Assembly (NCBI RefSeq): GCF_000143415.4
Contig: NW_003314321.1
Span: 1,064,236-1,128,235, forward strand
DNA length: 64,000 nucleotides
Reading direction: 5' to 3'
DNA from: Selaginella moellendorffii
Lineage: Eukaryota > Plantae > Lycopodiophyta
Part shown: piece by piece, positions 25,061 through 37,822 of the stretch
Layout of the letters: each line of letters opens with the position of its first letter
Position numbering within the stretch: the first letter of the stretch is position 1
Notes under the pieces: generated by a model
Databases searched by the model: none
Seen by the model: only the letters and a program-made list of their open reading frames with translations
What the model was told of the DNA's origin: nothing
Position numbers and translations under genes: made by a program

Positions 25061-25850
25061 CTAAAACTCCTTCAAAAGAGTTCCATAAAAACAAAAAGGT
25101 GGCAAGGCTAAATAGTAATTTGACAGTGGAAGAAAGCAAGTACTTGTACCACCTAGGTGTGCCAAATAATTGAACTTGCCCCCATTTGCCCATGTGTTCA
25201 TAGAATATCTCAAAACTGCCATATGGCCCACTCCAAGAAGGGGAGGCTTGGTAAATCCAAAGCTACCCAATTTGCTCATTGGCTAGAAAGACCAATTGAA
25301 CTCTGATTCCATATTGTGTTGAGCAAGAGGAATCCCGTGTAAGAAAGGATGAAAAAGGGCATTCAAAGAGACCAAGAACACTCTTCTATCCCTTAGAACT
25401 GCTTAGGGCCACTGCATTTCTGCCAGTTTCTAAGAATCCCATATGAGAGAGGATGAAGAAGGGCACTCAAAAGAGGAGGGGACAATTAAAACTCCTAAAG
25501 GATTCCATCAAAAACAAAAAGGTGGGAAAGTTAAATAGTAACCTAACAGTGGAAGAAAGCACCACCCAAGCATGCCAAATAGTTGAATTTGCCCTCTTCA
25601 CCCACATGTCTACCACCTACGAATTTGCCACGTGCCCCACCTGGGCAAGTCCCTCCAAGAAACCCAAAAGCAACTACAGCAAGGGAGGCTAGGCAAATCT
25701 AAGGCTACCCAACTTGCTTGTTGGCTAAAAAGACTAATCAGTCAAGGTAAGAGCCCTATTGTGCTGCATAGGAGGAATCCCATGCAAAAGAGGATGAAGA
25801 AGGGCACTTAGAGAAGGGATGGCTTGGGGCCACTATGTTTCCACTGACCA
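25061..25850. repeat. Diverged tandem duplication, unit ~430 bp, with partial further copies to ~26220
   Basis: aaactcc..ttccat..aacaaaaaggtgg..aaatagtaa..acagtggaagaaagc occurs at ~25065 and ~25490. ccaagaacactctt..atccctta occurs at ~25372 and ~25955. Confidence 0.7.
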
Positions 25851-28800
25851 GCTGCAAGCCACCTTGGAATTGGCAGGGTAGAGGCTCCAAAGAGCCAAGC
25901 AAGGCACAATTGCTCCCAATTGCCCCACTGTCACACACCCTTGCAAAAAAGAAACCAAGAACACTCTTTTATCCCTTAATTTTGCTCAGGGCCACTGTGT
26001 TGCCACTAATAGGCCATAAGAACTCTCTCCTATTCCAAAACCCTCCTTTAAAACCTCTCAATCCTCCCAAAAGAACACTTTGAAGATGTAACTCCTCAAG
26101 AACACTTTCAAATTCAAGATCACTAATTCAAAGCCATTGTTTTGCCATTAGCAGGTTGTGGAATGCTCACAGATAAGGTCAGAGCCACTGTGTTCCCACT
26201 GGTAGGCTATAAAATTCCTCTGGAAAACACTTTCTATTCTAATTCTACAAGTAAACACTATTAAACTTTTAAATGCTTTATAAAGGGGGTGAGGCCCAAC
26301 TTAACCCTTCCCTACCATCCTCCTCCTCTTTATATCTTCTACTCTTAACTAAATCTCCTAAAATCGGATTGCAAATCCTCATCCAAGGTTTGTCTCTCAA
26401 AGATCTTAGATGCCCAAATCACAAAAGGAATATCCTAGTGGATTTCCTCTCCTTGCCCTAGTGCCATACACTTTCAATTGTTTCTAGGGTTATGACAGTA
26501 CAGTTGTACCACCCTGCCACCACCTAAGATGCAATGCCAATTTCATCCTCACCAAAATCCTACTCATTTTGTAAATTCCACTCTTATGGATGATATGGAA
26601 TCGTTTGTCTTAGAAGTTGATTATCCCTATCCTGACTTCTCCTTCTCCTTTAACTTCTCTTAGTTACAATTTTGTTTCTTTTATCCTTGCTATCTACTAG
26701 CCATTCTATTTTCACTTGGCTTCCTCTAATTATTTTCTTTTGTTAGATTGCAAATTCCTTTTCACCTTGCATCCTAAGAATCTCTACATCTATGGAAACT
26801 ATTTCCCTTTTTCTATAACCACTTCTTCATCTCAAACTTGACCACTTATGATCTCTTAGTTTCTTGCTTATTCATTGCCACCTTTGGCTCCTCATATCTC
26901 TTTACTCCTAATGTTGAAGTAGAAGATGCCTGTACCTACTACTCTGTAGGAATCTCTTGCTCTATCTCAAATTCCTTTTGTTCCAACATCCTTTCAATAC
27001 TAACTTCCCCTGCTTCTATTTTCATCACCTACTTAATAGATGACTCTATCTCTTGCACCTACTTTTTGGTTGTCTTCCCAACCTTGAGCAATGCCTTTGC
27101 ATCCTCTTGGATGTCTTCATCCTTGCCTTTTGACTCATTGATAGTGTCCTCTAAGTTATCACTTAGGTTTAACTCCTCCTTGATAAACTCCTCAAATTCC
27201 TATCTAGACTCCTTTTTTAATTTCCCTTTGTGCCTCTTAGCAAGCCCTGTATCTTCTAGCACTAAAAATCATTCATACCTATTCTTAAGCTTCAAGATCT
27301 TTATCTCTTGTTGTGAAGTTTTTTCTTGCAACTAATTCTTTAAGGATCTAGCCAGCTTGATTGCCTTAATTAGCATCCTTGCATTTATGGTTGTCCAGAA
27401 CTATTACACCATGAGCTCCTACAATGCACAGGTCTTCTCTGGGTCTGATTGTTCTCCTAAACCTTTGCCAGTGCATTCTTATATTGAGTGTTAAACTCCA
27501 TTTGCATGACCTTTAGTAACTCTTGGTTTTCATTATGGAGCTACTACATATCAATGACATGCTATATAGCCTCTCTAGTGGCTAACTCCGTCAGCTCCCC
27601 TTGCATTTCTCAGATCATAGCAAGATACCTCTCGTCTTAACCATACTTGGGTCACCATGAGTTAAGTTCCATACACCCAAAGCAATGTCATATCTTTTTG
27701 ATATCCCTAGATCACTAGCTGAGGATGGAATGCCTCCATCTCTAAGTATGCATGTAAAATTTGCCACAAGGTCACATGTGGAAAAAAGATTCCCAACCCT
27801 TATTATAATTGTGCATAGAAAGACTAAGTTTAAATAGCCTCTAATACCTCTTATTTTTGATCTTAGAGATGTTGTACTTTGTCCCTAATGCATCTAATAG
27901 CCAACTCCACTAGCTCACTCATCAACAACCAACTCTTCCTTATGCCCAAAAAAGGAATCTTAAAGCTCTTTTTAAGCTTTTTTTTCTTTGTTCCCTTTTC
28001 CTAAAGAGCTTTTGGTAATCCTTCTTTACACCTCTACACTCCTTTGTAAGAATTATTTCTTTTTCATCTACAATTTTGTTTATACCGTGAAGGAATCTAC
28101 TTCACCTATTATGATTCCTCACTTGTTCACAAAGAGGGTATCTCTACCCACTTTTTAACTAGAGCATCACATACTATGCCACTATCCATATACCATATAC
28201 CTTTTATGTCTTCAAGAGGTCTTTGCCCCTACATTAATTTCTTCTCTCTACCATGTTTCTTTTGAGTTTGGATAGCACAAAAGTATTGTGCTATCCCTAC
28301 CACCATCTACGATCTAATGCTAATTACATTTTATATCTTTATTTATTCCTCTTTTCATATCTATTGCAATCTTGCACCATTGATAACAAATTCCACCTAT
28401 TTCATCTCATAAAGAATCTTTGTCCTTTACCACCTTTTGTGCCTATTTGAGGCATCTACACCAGGTTTTTTAGATGACCCTGCCAATCCCTTCTAAAACT
28501 ACTCTGATGTCATTACAAAACATTCCAAATGCCTCACCCTAGTACACTACAAATCCCCAATCTAGACATTCTTTGCCTCTCCATATATCAAATGTTAATT
28601 CAACTCACCTTTAAGCTAGAAACACGTGTTATGATGCATGCTCCCTCCACATAACTTCTCTATAATAACATCCTCTATAATCTTCATTTAGCCTATTGAT
28701 TCCATTGTCTTGCTCACTCTTAAAATCTATATCTCATAGAAGCATTCTAGAGTTTAAACTCAATCACTTGGGTCCCCCTTTCTAAATGACTCAATGGTGA

Positions 28801-29514
28801 ACTATGATTTTCATCCCCCATGGTTTAATTGTATAAGAACACTATTAAACACTTCAGAAAGGGCATGAGGCCTAGCCTAACCCTTCTTTGCCATCATCCT
28901 CCTCTTTATATCTCTTGCTCTTAGCCAAATCTTCTAAAACTTGATTGTAAATCTTCATCTACATTTTGTTTTATAGCAAAAATCTTGGGCCAACAAATTT
29001 GGGTGGTAGATACTGTTTGAGAAAGAGAGAGAGAGGCCCAGGCCGGCATCCATCAGAGAGAGAGGCCCACTCCATCTTTGCCGGCAATTGGCAATGTTGG
29101 GATGTCTCTCTTAGAATTCACAGAGCCTTAGCATTGAGATGGAACAATGGCATGCAAATCAAGTTGTACGCACTCAAACCAAACCCCTATGCCAACAATA
29201 TTGGATGAAATCTTGTGCTACTTTAATCATAAGTTAGTGTTGGCAATTAAGGAAGGTCCTGATCTCTTGCGTGTGGCTTGTGGTCTTGCCGCTAAGTTTC
29301 AATTGCCATGAATAGCGCCATCTCATTGCCAGCAAGGCATTCTTCCATCTCTCTATTAAATTTTTGTTATTTCTTGCTTCTACTAAAGAAACTTTCCATA
29401 AAATTATAGTTTTGGTAGCTAAGGAACTATATATGAGGGTCCTTGTTGATGACATTTAAGATGATGTATGTCAAGCTATCATATCTTGGCAGTGCCAAAC
29501 TTGCATGCTCATAA

Positions 29515-32500
29515 TCTTGTGCCATCCAAACCTTGGAAAATGCCAAAGTAATGTTTAATTGATGTGGTGTTTAGGGTGTGTTATGGAGATGCACAGATAT
29601 TCTTTAGGAGTCATGGGAGAAGAATTTGCACTAAAGGACAACAGAGTTCTAAAGGAAATTGATCCATAAAAAAAAGGGCAACGACAAGGAAGGGTTAGGT
29701 TAAACCTCACCCACTTTCTAAAGTGTCTAACAGTGTTTAAAGGCATTTAAAAATGTTTTTAGAGTGATCTTAGTGAGCAGAGAGAAGATTATAAGTGCTA
29801 ATGAGATTACACTGAAATTTGAAATGTGTTTGGAGAGCTTTATTTGTAACTTAGAGTCAGCAATTGGCAACAAAGTATCGCTAAGAAATTTCATCAAGTA
29901 ATTCTTGCTTCTCTCTTTCATAACTTACTAGATTCTCACCTAAGCACAATGTAGTGGAATTTGCATGGCATAATGCCTCTTGGTTTTGGTTTTAGCAAAA
30001 AACCTACTAAATTTAAATGGCCAAAGGATAGGTGCAAACCCAAATAAATCTTGGGAGCTAGGAATAGGGCATTGCCTTTCTTGGTTAGGAAAAATCTTTA
30101 ATGAGTAATGTTTGTTGAATCTTTGTGTGGGAAGATTGGTAGCTAAAAATTGCATCTGTGTTTGATTGAGGGGCATATTAGGTCTTTAAATCTCTATTTG
30201 GATCACTATTACTCCCAGAAACTTTGTGCTTCCACATTCTTGGAAGAGCTTGTTGCGTAATTGGCCATGTGGCAAAATATCTATCAGTGACATGGGCTAA
30301 TAAGGATGAGTCCAATTGTCCCCCCTCCTTGGTGTTAGAAGGTAGTTAAATATTACATATCCTAACGTTTTATTATGTAGGGAGTGACCAGATAGAAAGA
30401 TCTATCATCTTTTTCAGGAATAGTAAGAGAATCTTCAAGATTCTTTGAAAATAATATCTTATGCCTAGTGGACAGGAGTTTGACTCCTAGAGGGTTAAAG
30501 GATGGTTCTTGAATGATCACAGAGGAAGAGGGCAAGGATTTTATTTGGCATTTTATGAAGGAGGTCAAGAACAGATATGGGCATGGAGCTTGCCCACCAA
30601 TTTGATCGAAGTTCCATGGTGGTGTGGTTGCTGTGGAAACGAGCTGCCAAAGCCAACCATATAAGAGATCCAGCGTGGGTTATCTCCCAGGATGTAATCA
30701 GTTTGACCCTTTGCAAAGTTGTCACAATGCCATAGCAAAAGGTGGAATTGGATGGAATTGTGAAGGTCCTTTGAAATTTGGTTATAGAGGTGGATACAAT
30801 GATCATGGGGGACAAAGATCATAATTTCTACTATCAAACCATTTGAAAAATTTCACTAATGAAGATGTTGAAAGCCTAAGGGTATATGTAGAGAAAACCT
30901 CTACTTCAAGGACCAATCAGGATATCATCCTCTTTACATATGCCTTTGGGTTTTTAATATTTTCACTGCTAGAACTTTCTAGATAACTCAATGGTGGGGA
31001 CTATGATCTTTGTCCCCCACAAACATTGCATCCACCTCCATAGCCAAATTTTGGAGGACCCTTATAATTCCATCTACTTCTACTCAAAAGAACCTTCTTT
31101 TGTGGCATTGTGAAGTTGCTTCATTCTTTACCTCCTTTATAAAATATTGACTGAAATCCACACCCTCTTTCTTTGTGAGGTTCTTTAGCCCTATAGAAGG
31201 AAGTAAAATCATCATATAACAGCTCCAAATCCCTAATTCTAAAATTCTTCCTCATTGAAAATCTAGTGCTTTAACCACTTTTTATAGTTGTTTGAGGCCT
31301 TCTTGCTGACTTTAGAAAAGCTAGGGAGGTTCTTAGTATTTCCCTAAAGCCTCATAGTAGCCCAACTCCTAACGTAGCTACTGCTAGTGATGTTAGTGCA
31401 ACTCCTCATGAAAGTCCACTGAAAGTTAGATGAAATCTTCTTGTCACCTCCTATTTAGTGTTCTTCTTTATCGATGTTTGTTTAAGTATGTTGCTTAGGT
31501 TTCCTCTAAGAATTGTTTTTCAGTCCTCTAGAAGTTGAGCTCCCTCTTGCCATGTAACAAGATACTCCTTGAGAAGCTTAGAAATTCTCTTACTATTCTA
31601 GGAAAAGATAATAGATCTCTCTATCTAGTCATTTCTTATATGACAAATATTAGAATATGTATTTTCTACTACCCTTTGATACCAAGAAAGGGGGAATAAT
31701 CAAACTTGCTCTTATTAACCCATGTCATTAGTGGATATTTTGCCATATAACCTACTTTATAGTGAGTTCTTTCAAGAATGTGAAAGCATAAGATTAGTAG
31801 GAGTAATGGTGATTTAAATAGAGATTTGAGGACTTAATGAGCCCCTCAGTTAAACACACATGAAATTTCCAGTTGTTAGTTTCCCCACACTAAGATTCAA
31901 GAAACTTGTCTCTAAAGAGTGTTTAGATTTGGAATTTTAATTTAGGATTTGGGATCTAGCTTTTGCATCATTTAAATCATTCTTTGCTTCTGCTCATTAG
32001 AGACTTTTCCCATTTACGAAGAGGTGGTGCCCTATTCCTAACTCCCAAGATGCATTTGGGTTTGCATTTATCTTCCGGTCGCTTCAATTTAGTAGAGTCT
32101 TTGCTAGAATTGAGGCTAATTCCACTATATTGCGCCCATGTGAGAATCTAGAAAGCTTTGAGAGAGACAAATAAAAATTACTTAATGAAATTGTTTAAAG
32201 ATGCTTTATTGCTAGTAATTGATTTTGAACTGCAAAGAAAGCTTTTCAAAGCACTCATAAAAACCAAGTTCAATCTCATTAAGATTCACAATCTACTTTA
32301 AATGATGTTAAATATTATTAAATGCTTTTGAAAAAAAAGTGAACCCCAACCTAAAACTTCCTTGTTGTCACCCTCCTTTTCTAGCCATCTCTCCCATTGA
32401 TTTCCTCTAGATCTCTATTGTTTTTTAGCATAAATTCTCCTCCTATAACTCTTAGGGGATATTTATGCATCTCCACGTCACACCTTGATGCCACTTTAAT

Positions 32501-32545
32501 CAAACATGATTTTGACTGTTTCTAGGGTTTTGATGGTACAAGCTT
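29515..32545. repeat. Large diverged inverted repeat (~1 kb arms 29515-30512 and 31508-32545, ~1 kb spacer)
   Basis: Collinear reverse-complement matches across the arms, e.g. tgcaaacccaaat..atcttgggag.taggaatagggca (30033) vs 32025-32066, and tggcaaaatatc..tgacatggg.taataag (30269) vs 31710-31745. Confidence 0.8.
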
Positions 32546-34079
32546 GAAAAATTTAAGAACAAAAAATAAAGAATGTAAACCTTTTGGATTTGACCACTAG
32601 CATATTTTTTTTTAACTAGGATATTTGAGAGGTAGCCCAATGCAAACTTAACCAATCTAGAGTCATCATTCTTTACTAGCATCACAAAAAGACCTCCCTA
32701 AAATAAAGAATAAGGAAGAATGATGTAGCACATCCTATTTCTCTCCCCTTAAGCCAATTGGAAAAAGGGCAATTGGCTATTAGAAAAGAGGTTCTTAGTG
32801 GCTATTTTATCCTTATTTATCCCTCAAAGTTTCAAGAATCCATGATAACAGTATATTCAAATCTCATCCCATGATCACATGCATTACAAATGACCAATAT
32901 GATACTAGTATTACATCTTTAATGCCACATACACTATTTGAGAAATATGGTCTAGTTGAAGGATGTTTTAGGATGGAGTGTCATATTGTAAAGGTGGCAA
33001 CCCATCAAGTAAGTCAAAGAATGTAAAGTTGGCGCTAAAGGTATTATTCATTCCCAACTATTGCATCCATTTATAAAATATAAAAGACTCTCAACTCATA
33101 TCATTAAAAAGTTAAAAGTAATTCGTAATAACTACTTCCACATTGCCAACACTTTATATGCCACCTCATTAGATCTCTTGAGTAGTTATTAAAAGCTTTA
33201 GTTATATAAGAAACAAAGTTTGCCTATAAAGGTTCAAATTTAAATAAGCTTCAAGAGTGGGTTGGTAGAAAAACTAACATCAATGGTAGGGTCAATGTCT
33301 AAGATGGTGGAGAAAATTATTGCTAAAACTTCAATAAAATTAAATTATGAACCACCTGAGGACATTATGATAGCTTATATGAAGCATTGATAGATATTTA
33401 ATAAGCTTGACATCACTTCTTCCAACTTTCACTATCTAGAGTTTAGACTACCATTCTATTTTATAACACTAGAGAGGTCTTGAGGAACATGGAGTGGAGG
33501 TGCTAATTATTACACTAGTAGATTTAACGCCAAAAGTTGAGAAGGTTATTGCTCATAAACTAGTTTCTCATATCAACTAAGCAATTTGAAAAGTCAATGC
33601 TAATAACAATGTATGCTACTCCAAAATGATTTAGAGTCAAGGTCAATTTCTCACATTTATGTGCTCAAACTTGAGTTCTTCAGCAATGCCATGTTTTAGG
33701 GGTTGTCAAGATCGAAGGCTAAAAAGTTGTTAGTCAAGCTAGATTTTCTATTGTGGGATTAATGTGACTCATACAAGCCGGATCCACAGCTCAATTATCT
33801 TGAAGCCAAATTCTGTGCCAAAGGAGTGATTAGTTAAGTGATGTTATAATCTTTCAAAAGAAGAGATTAAAGGTCTGAAGAGAGTGAGTTTCAAGTTGAA
33901 GAGTTCTTCAAATATTAATGTTGGTGCTACTATGCTACCAATATCAATATTAGACCAACATATATGACTAATAAGAAATAGAAGGGTTGTATAATATAAA
34001 TTTTCTATTTCGAAGGGTGCAAAAGAGAAGATCAAGCTAGCAAAGGAGTTGAACTACATATTCATAAGGACAAACTACA

Positions 34080-34240
34080 TTAGTGTTGTGGCTAAGGAGT
34101 TTGTTATTGTGACTGAGTCATCAAAGGGTGCTAAATACACTATCCAAATTTGCAAAAATCCATCATATAAAGGGACAATAGGGGAAAAGTTTATTTAGCT
34201 TACGAGCATATTTATTATATTTCTATGCATGAACTATACT
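34080..34240 (+). pseudogene. Possible decayed SWIM zinc-finger (MULE-associated) remnant
   Basis: KYTIQICKNPS..., then after a frameshift YEHIYYI, resembling Y.V.I...PSC.C...CKHIYY. Heavily mutated. Confidence 0.3.
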
Positions 34241-35339
34241 AAGATCCTAAGATCTCACATCCACCAAGTAAGCTTTCCAATTGTTGAGTTTTATTTTTAG
34301 ATTGCTTTTGGTGTTTAGATACATATTTATATTTGTATTTTATTGGTTAAAATTACTTGGAAATATTGATTAAATCAAAATTTAAAAGATGTAAAAAATA
34401 TTTATTTAGGATAAACCAATGTTTTTTCTATGTTTGAGAAGTCGTGAGCTCAGCTCATGAGCTCATGAGCTCAAAACCAACTCGAGCTCAAATATATCTA
34501 CCTATATATACCAAAGATAATAAAATTCCTCTTTCAGTGCACCCCCTAATTTCTACCCATTTTAATGTAGTGACTCATTGGGTATTGCCAAGGTTGCAAT
34601 GTGTCTTTGAGGCTAGGCCTCTCTTATGGAGCAATTAACAAGGTTTAAAAGTGTTTAAAAGCATTTAAAAGTGCACTTCCAGGAACTTGGATGAACATAT
34701 TAGCTACAACAATGAAGGTGATGACTTTGTTGAGGGACAATTGCCATGGTTTGGAGAGCTCTCTTATGAGAACCCTAGCTTCTGGATGTTGGAGAAGGCT
34801 GGCTAGACAGCAGGGATAAGGCTAGGATCATGTGGTCTGGTCAGCTTTATCCATTTGAAGTTACCATGATCATCAGTTGTCAAGGAACAATTTCCGGCAA
34901 GTTTCAAGATGTTGTGGAGTTTGTAGAGGTGGATTGCTTCCTATGCTATGATGCATAGAAAAGCTCACGAGAAGGAAATGCTCAATCAATTAGTCCCAAC
35001 ATAAATAAAGGTGGCTTACGAGTAAATTCCTCATATTGCTATTCCTTTGGAGATGACTCTAGAGCCTGAGTAGCAGTCTCTCTTAATGACTCTTGGTGCT
35101 AAAGATCCACATATTCCATGAACAAGGTTGTTTCATGCTTTGCAGCACCACTAGCCATACTCACTAATTGAGGACTTGAAGTTGATGCAATTGAACCTTG
35201 ATCTTCTCCAACTTCTTAAACTTGCTCCAGAAGTGTTGGATTAGTTTGTTGGTGTTACCAACAAACTGCCTCTTTTCCAGCACGTTCGACAAGAGCTCCA
35301 GCATGTTGATATGCATATTGTCAGAGATCAATATTGAAG

Positions 35340-37370
35340 CATTCTTTTGCACGGCCAAAGTTGGACTCCATGTGATCCAACATGTGGTCATTGACTCTTG
35401 CTTTGGAACCAACATCATTCCAGCACATATATATTAAGAGCTCAACTTACTTGTAGTCATGAAGACATTGGTGATCCTCAAGACTTTTGCCCAGCATCAA
35501 GTGTGGCCATCAGGTCTTCTATGCAAAGTCTAAGGTCACTATGGTGGGAGTTTAGACCTTTCTAGATTTCCTGGTCGTCAAGTTTTCAAGAGGATGTAAT
35601 GCTACAGCTCAAACCTTTATGGCACTCCTTGGACAAATCTGGCTGGAGAAAGTCCATAATCACACATATTGGGACACTAAAGTGTTGGAGATTTCTAAAG
35701 TAAAACATGTGGGGAAGTTGTACAATGCTGCTAGATGCCGTCATCTTCGTGAATCTCCAACCACACTAGTGGAAGTTCATCATTGATATCACCTCTTTCA
35801 TGGTACTTCACTTGGATGAAAGATCTTAGGATGAGGATCAGGTGCTCCGTGATTGGCTCCAGACCACAACAGATTTTGAGTCCATATATGTGATGCCACT
35901 ATTGATGTTTGGGTGGTTGCATCAATGTCTCAATGAAGCTCCAGATGTAAATGTGCATGCTACCTTGGCTATGCACTTTAGACCATCAATTCCAAGCTGG
36001 GTTGAAGCTTGACTATCATCATTTCTAGCAACTTTCCTTCACAAAGACTCTCCAAGAACATTGAAGCAGATTGTGTTGCTTTGCTCTGAATACTTTCGAT
36101 TGGATGAATGTGGTTAACAGTTAGTGACAGAGGTTCAGCCTCACTTTCTCTTCACTAATGGAGCATACAATGGTAGCATGAGTTGTAGTGGCATTGGCTT
36201 TGCAATTCTCTCACCAACTGAGGAAATGATACATGTTGGATCTACTTTGATTGTTGTAGAGTCTTCTAATGAAGTAAGGTATAAAACTCTTATAGTTGGT
36301 GTCCAAGAGGCTCTTGGTTGTGGTTTACAACACTTGGCAATCAAGACAGACTCCAACTTTGCATGCCAACACATACATGGTGAATTCTAGCTCAAAATTT
36401 CACAACTTCTTCCATTACATAAGGAGCTTCAACACCTACTAGCATAGCTCAGTTCTTGGACACTTCAGTACATCTCCAAAGAGAAAAATGTGGTTGCTGA
36501 TGCCTTGGCTAAGTAGGGTCTTGTGGCCTTCCTCATACAAAAGATACTTGATGAGAGCAAGCTTTCACCATTTGATCTGAGGCTCTCATCAACTTGGTGG
36601 AGGTCAGCATGGTTGCTTTTGTGGTTGACACTAACCTCATTGAGCTCAACCTGGCCACTCCTGGATCCTCACCACAACTCATCTTCATTGGGGATGAAGT
36701 CACTCAAGCGGAATATGAGCAGTTGTGCCACCTTTTCTTTGACTACAACGATGTCTTTGCATAGCACTATACAAATCTGTGAGGAGTCTTTCCAAAGGTG
36801 GCTATGCATCATATTCTCTTCCATGAGGATGCTTGACCAATGCAGCAAGCTCTATGATGTCTCAGTCCCATGCTAGTTTTGGTTGTCAAAGCCAAAATCA
36901 TGAAATTTATCAATGTCAAGTTCATCTTTTTAGTCGAGACTGCAGAGTGGATTAGCTCAATTGTTCCAATGAGGAAGGCCAATGGCAACATCCAAGTCTA
37001 TGTGGATTTCAGAGACTTCAACAAAGCTATGTTGCATGACTACTTCCTGATGCCATTCATTGACAACATTCTCAATGCCATAGATGGTCATGAAATCTAC
37101 TCCTTTATAGACAGTTTTAGTGGCTACAATCAGGTGCAAATCTTTGAGCCAGATAGAGTGAAGATGTCCTTCCACACACTTTGGGCATCTACGTATACAG
37201 GGTCCTTCCTTTCGGCCTTGTGAATGCATCAACAACATTCCAGCAGATCATGAATTTTGCCTTTCATGACTTGACACTCTACTCTCTGCAGATTTACATG
37301 GACAACTTATGTAGTTTTAGCACTAGAGGCACATATATTAAAGATTTAGAAACCATTTTCTTTGAACTCA
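35340..37370 (+). mobile_element. Ty3/Gypsy Tat-like pol relic: protease - additional RNase H (aRH) - reverse transcriptase
   Basis: Protease-like VVIDSCFGTNIIP (35385) and ALLGQIWLEK (~35625). RNase HI-like LFTNGA..GIGFAI..SSNEVRYKTL..IKTDS..NVVADALAK (36148-36513). RT WISSIVPMRKANG..VDFRDFNK..DSFSGYNQV..LPFGLVNA..QIYMDN (36940-37310). Contains stops and frameshifts. Confidence 0.85.
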
Positions 37371-37822
37371 CTTTGATTGGCCCATGTCACTAATATAGAT
37401 ATTTTGCCACATGGTCAATTGCATAGCAAGCTCTTCTAAGAATGTAAAACCATGAAATTAGCAAAAATACTAGAGTTCCTCACAAGGACTCAATAAACCC
37501 CTCAATCAGATGCACACATGATTCCCAATCACAAGTTTCCCTTCATTAAGATTAAAAAAACCCTATTCACTAGAACTTTTTCTAACTAAGAAAAGGTGGC
37601 ACCCTATTTCTGACAACACACACTCACTGACTAACATCAGCAAAAAAAAATTCATAAACCATATCTACCAACCCACCCCTAGCTTGCAATCGGACAGCCA
37701 CAAGCCTCCCCAATATTATTGTTTATACCCCCATTTTTTTCCGCCGTGAAAATCAAGTTAATTGCTACTTTTTACCTTTTGGGAAAGGTATATGCCTGGA
37801 TAACCTTCCTCTTCTAGGGTTT

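Larger units (their letters stand above)
25060..37620. mobile_element. Block of old, nested, degenerate transposon fragments
   Basis: Abrupt shift to AT-rich, CpG-poor sequence with no intact ORFs. One repeat family recurs at ~26260, ~28840, 29515-30512, 31508-32545 and 37370-37612. Retroelement pol relics are present. Confidence 0.8.

Noticed and set aside
25061-26220. CRISPR-like repeat-spacer array
   Set aside because: Units are long, diverged and irregular in a eukaryotic TE context, with no constant repeat and unique spacers.
26838-27335. 165-aa hydrophobic ORF in the TE block
   Set aside because: It is a low-complexity L/S/F/I reading of pyrimidine-rich sequence, likely antisense to a decayed TE ORF.
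30540-30830. Spacer of the inverted repeat as a captured host gene or LINE tail (VWLLWKR)
   Set aside because: It has only one weak motif and several stops, and cannot be assigned without a search.
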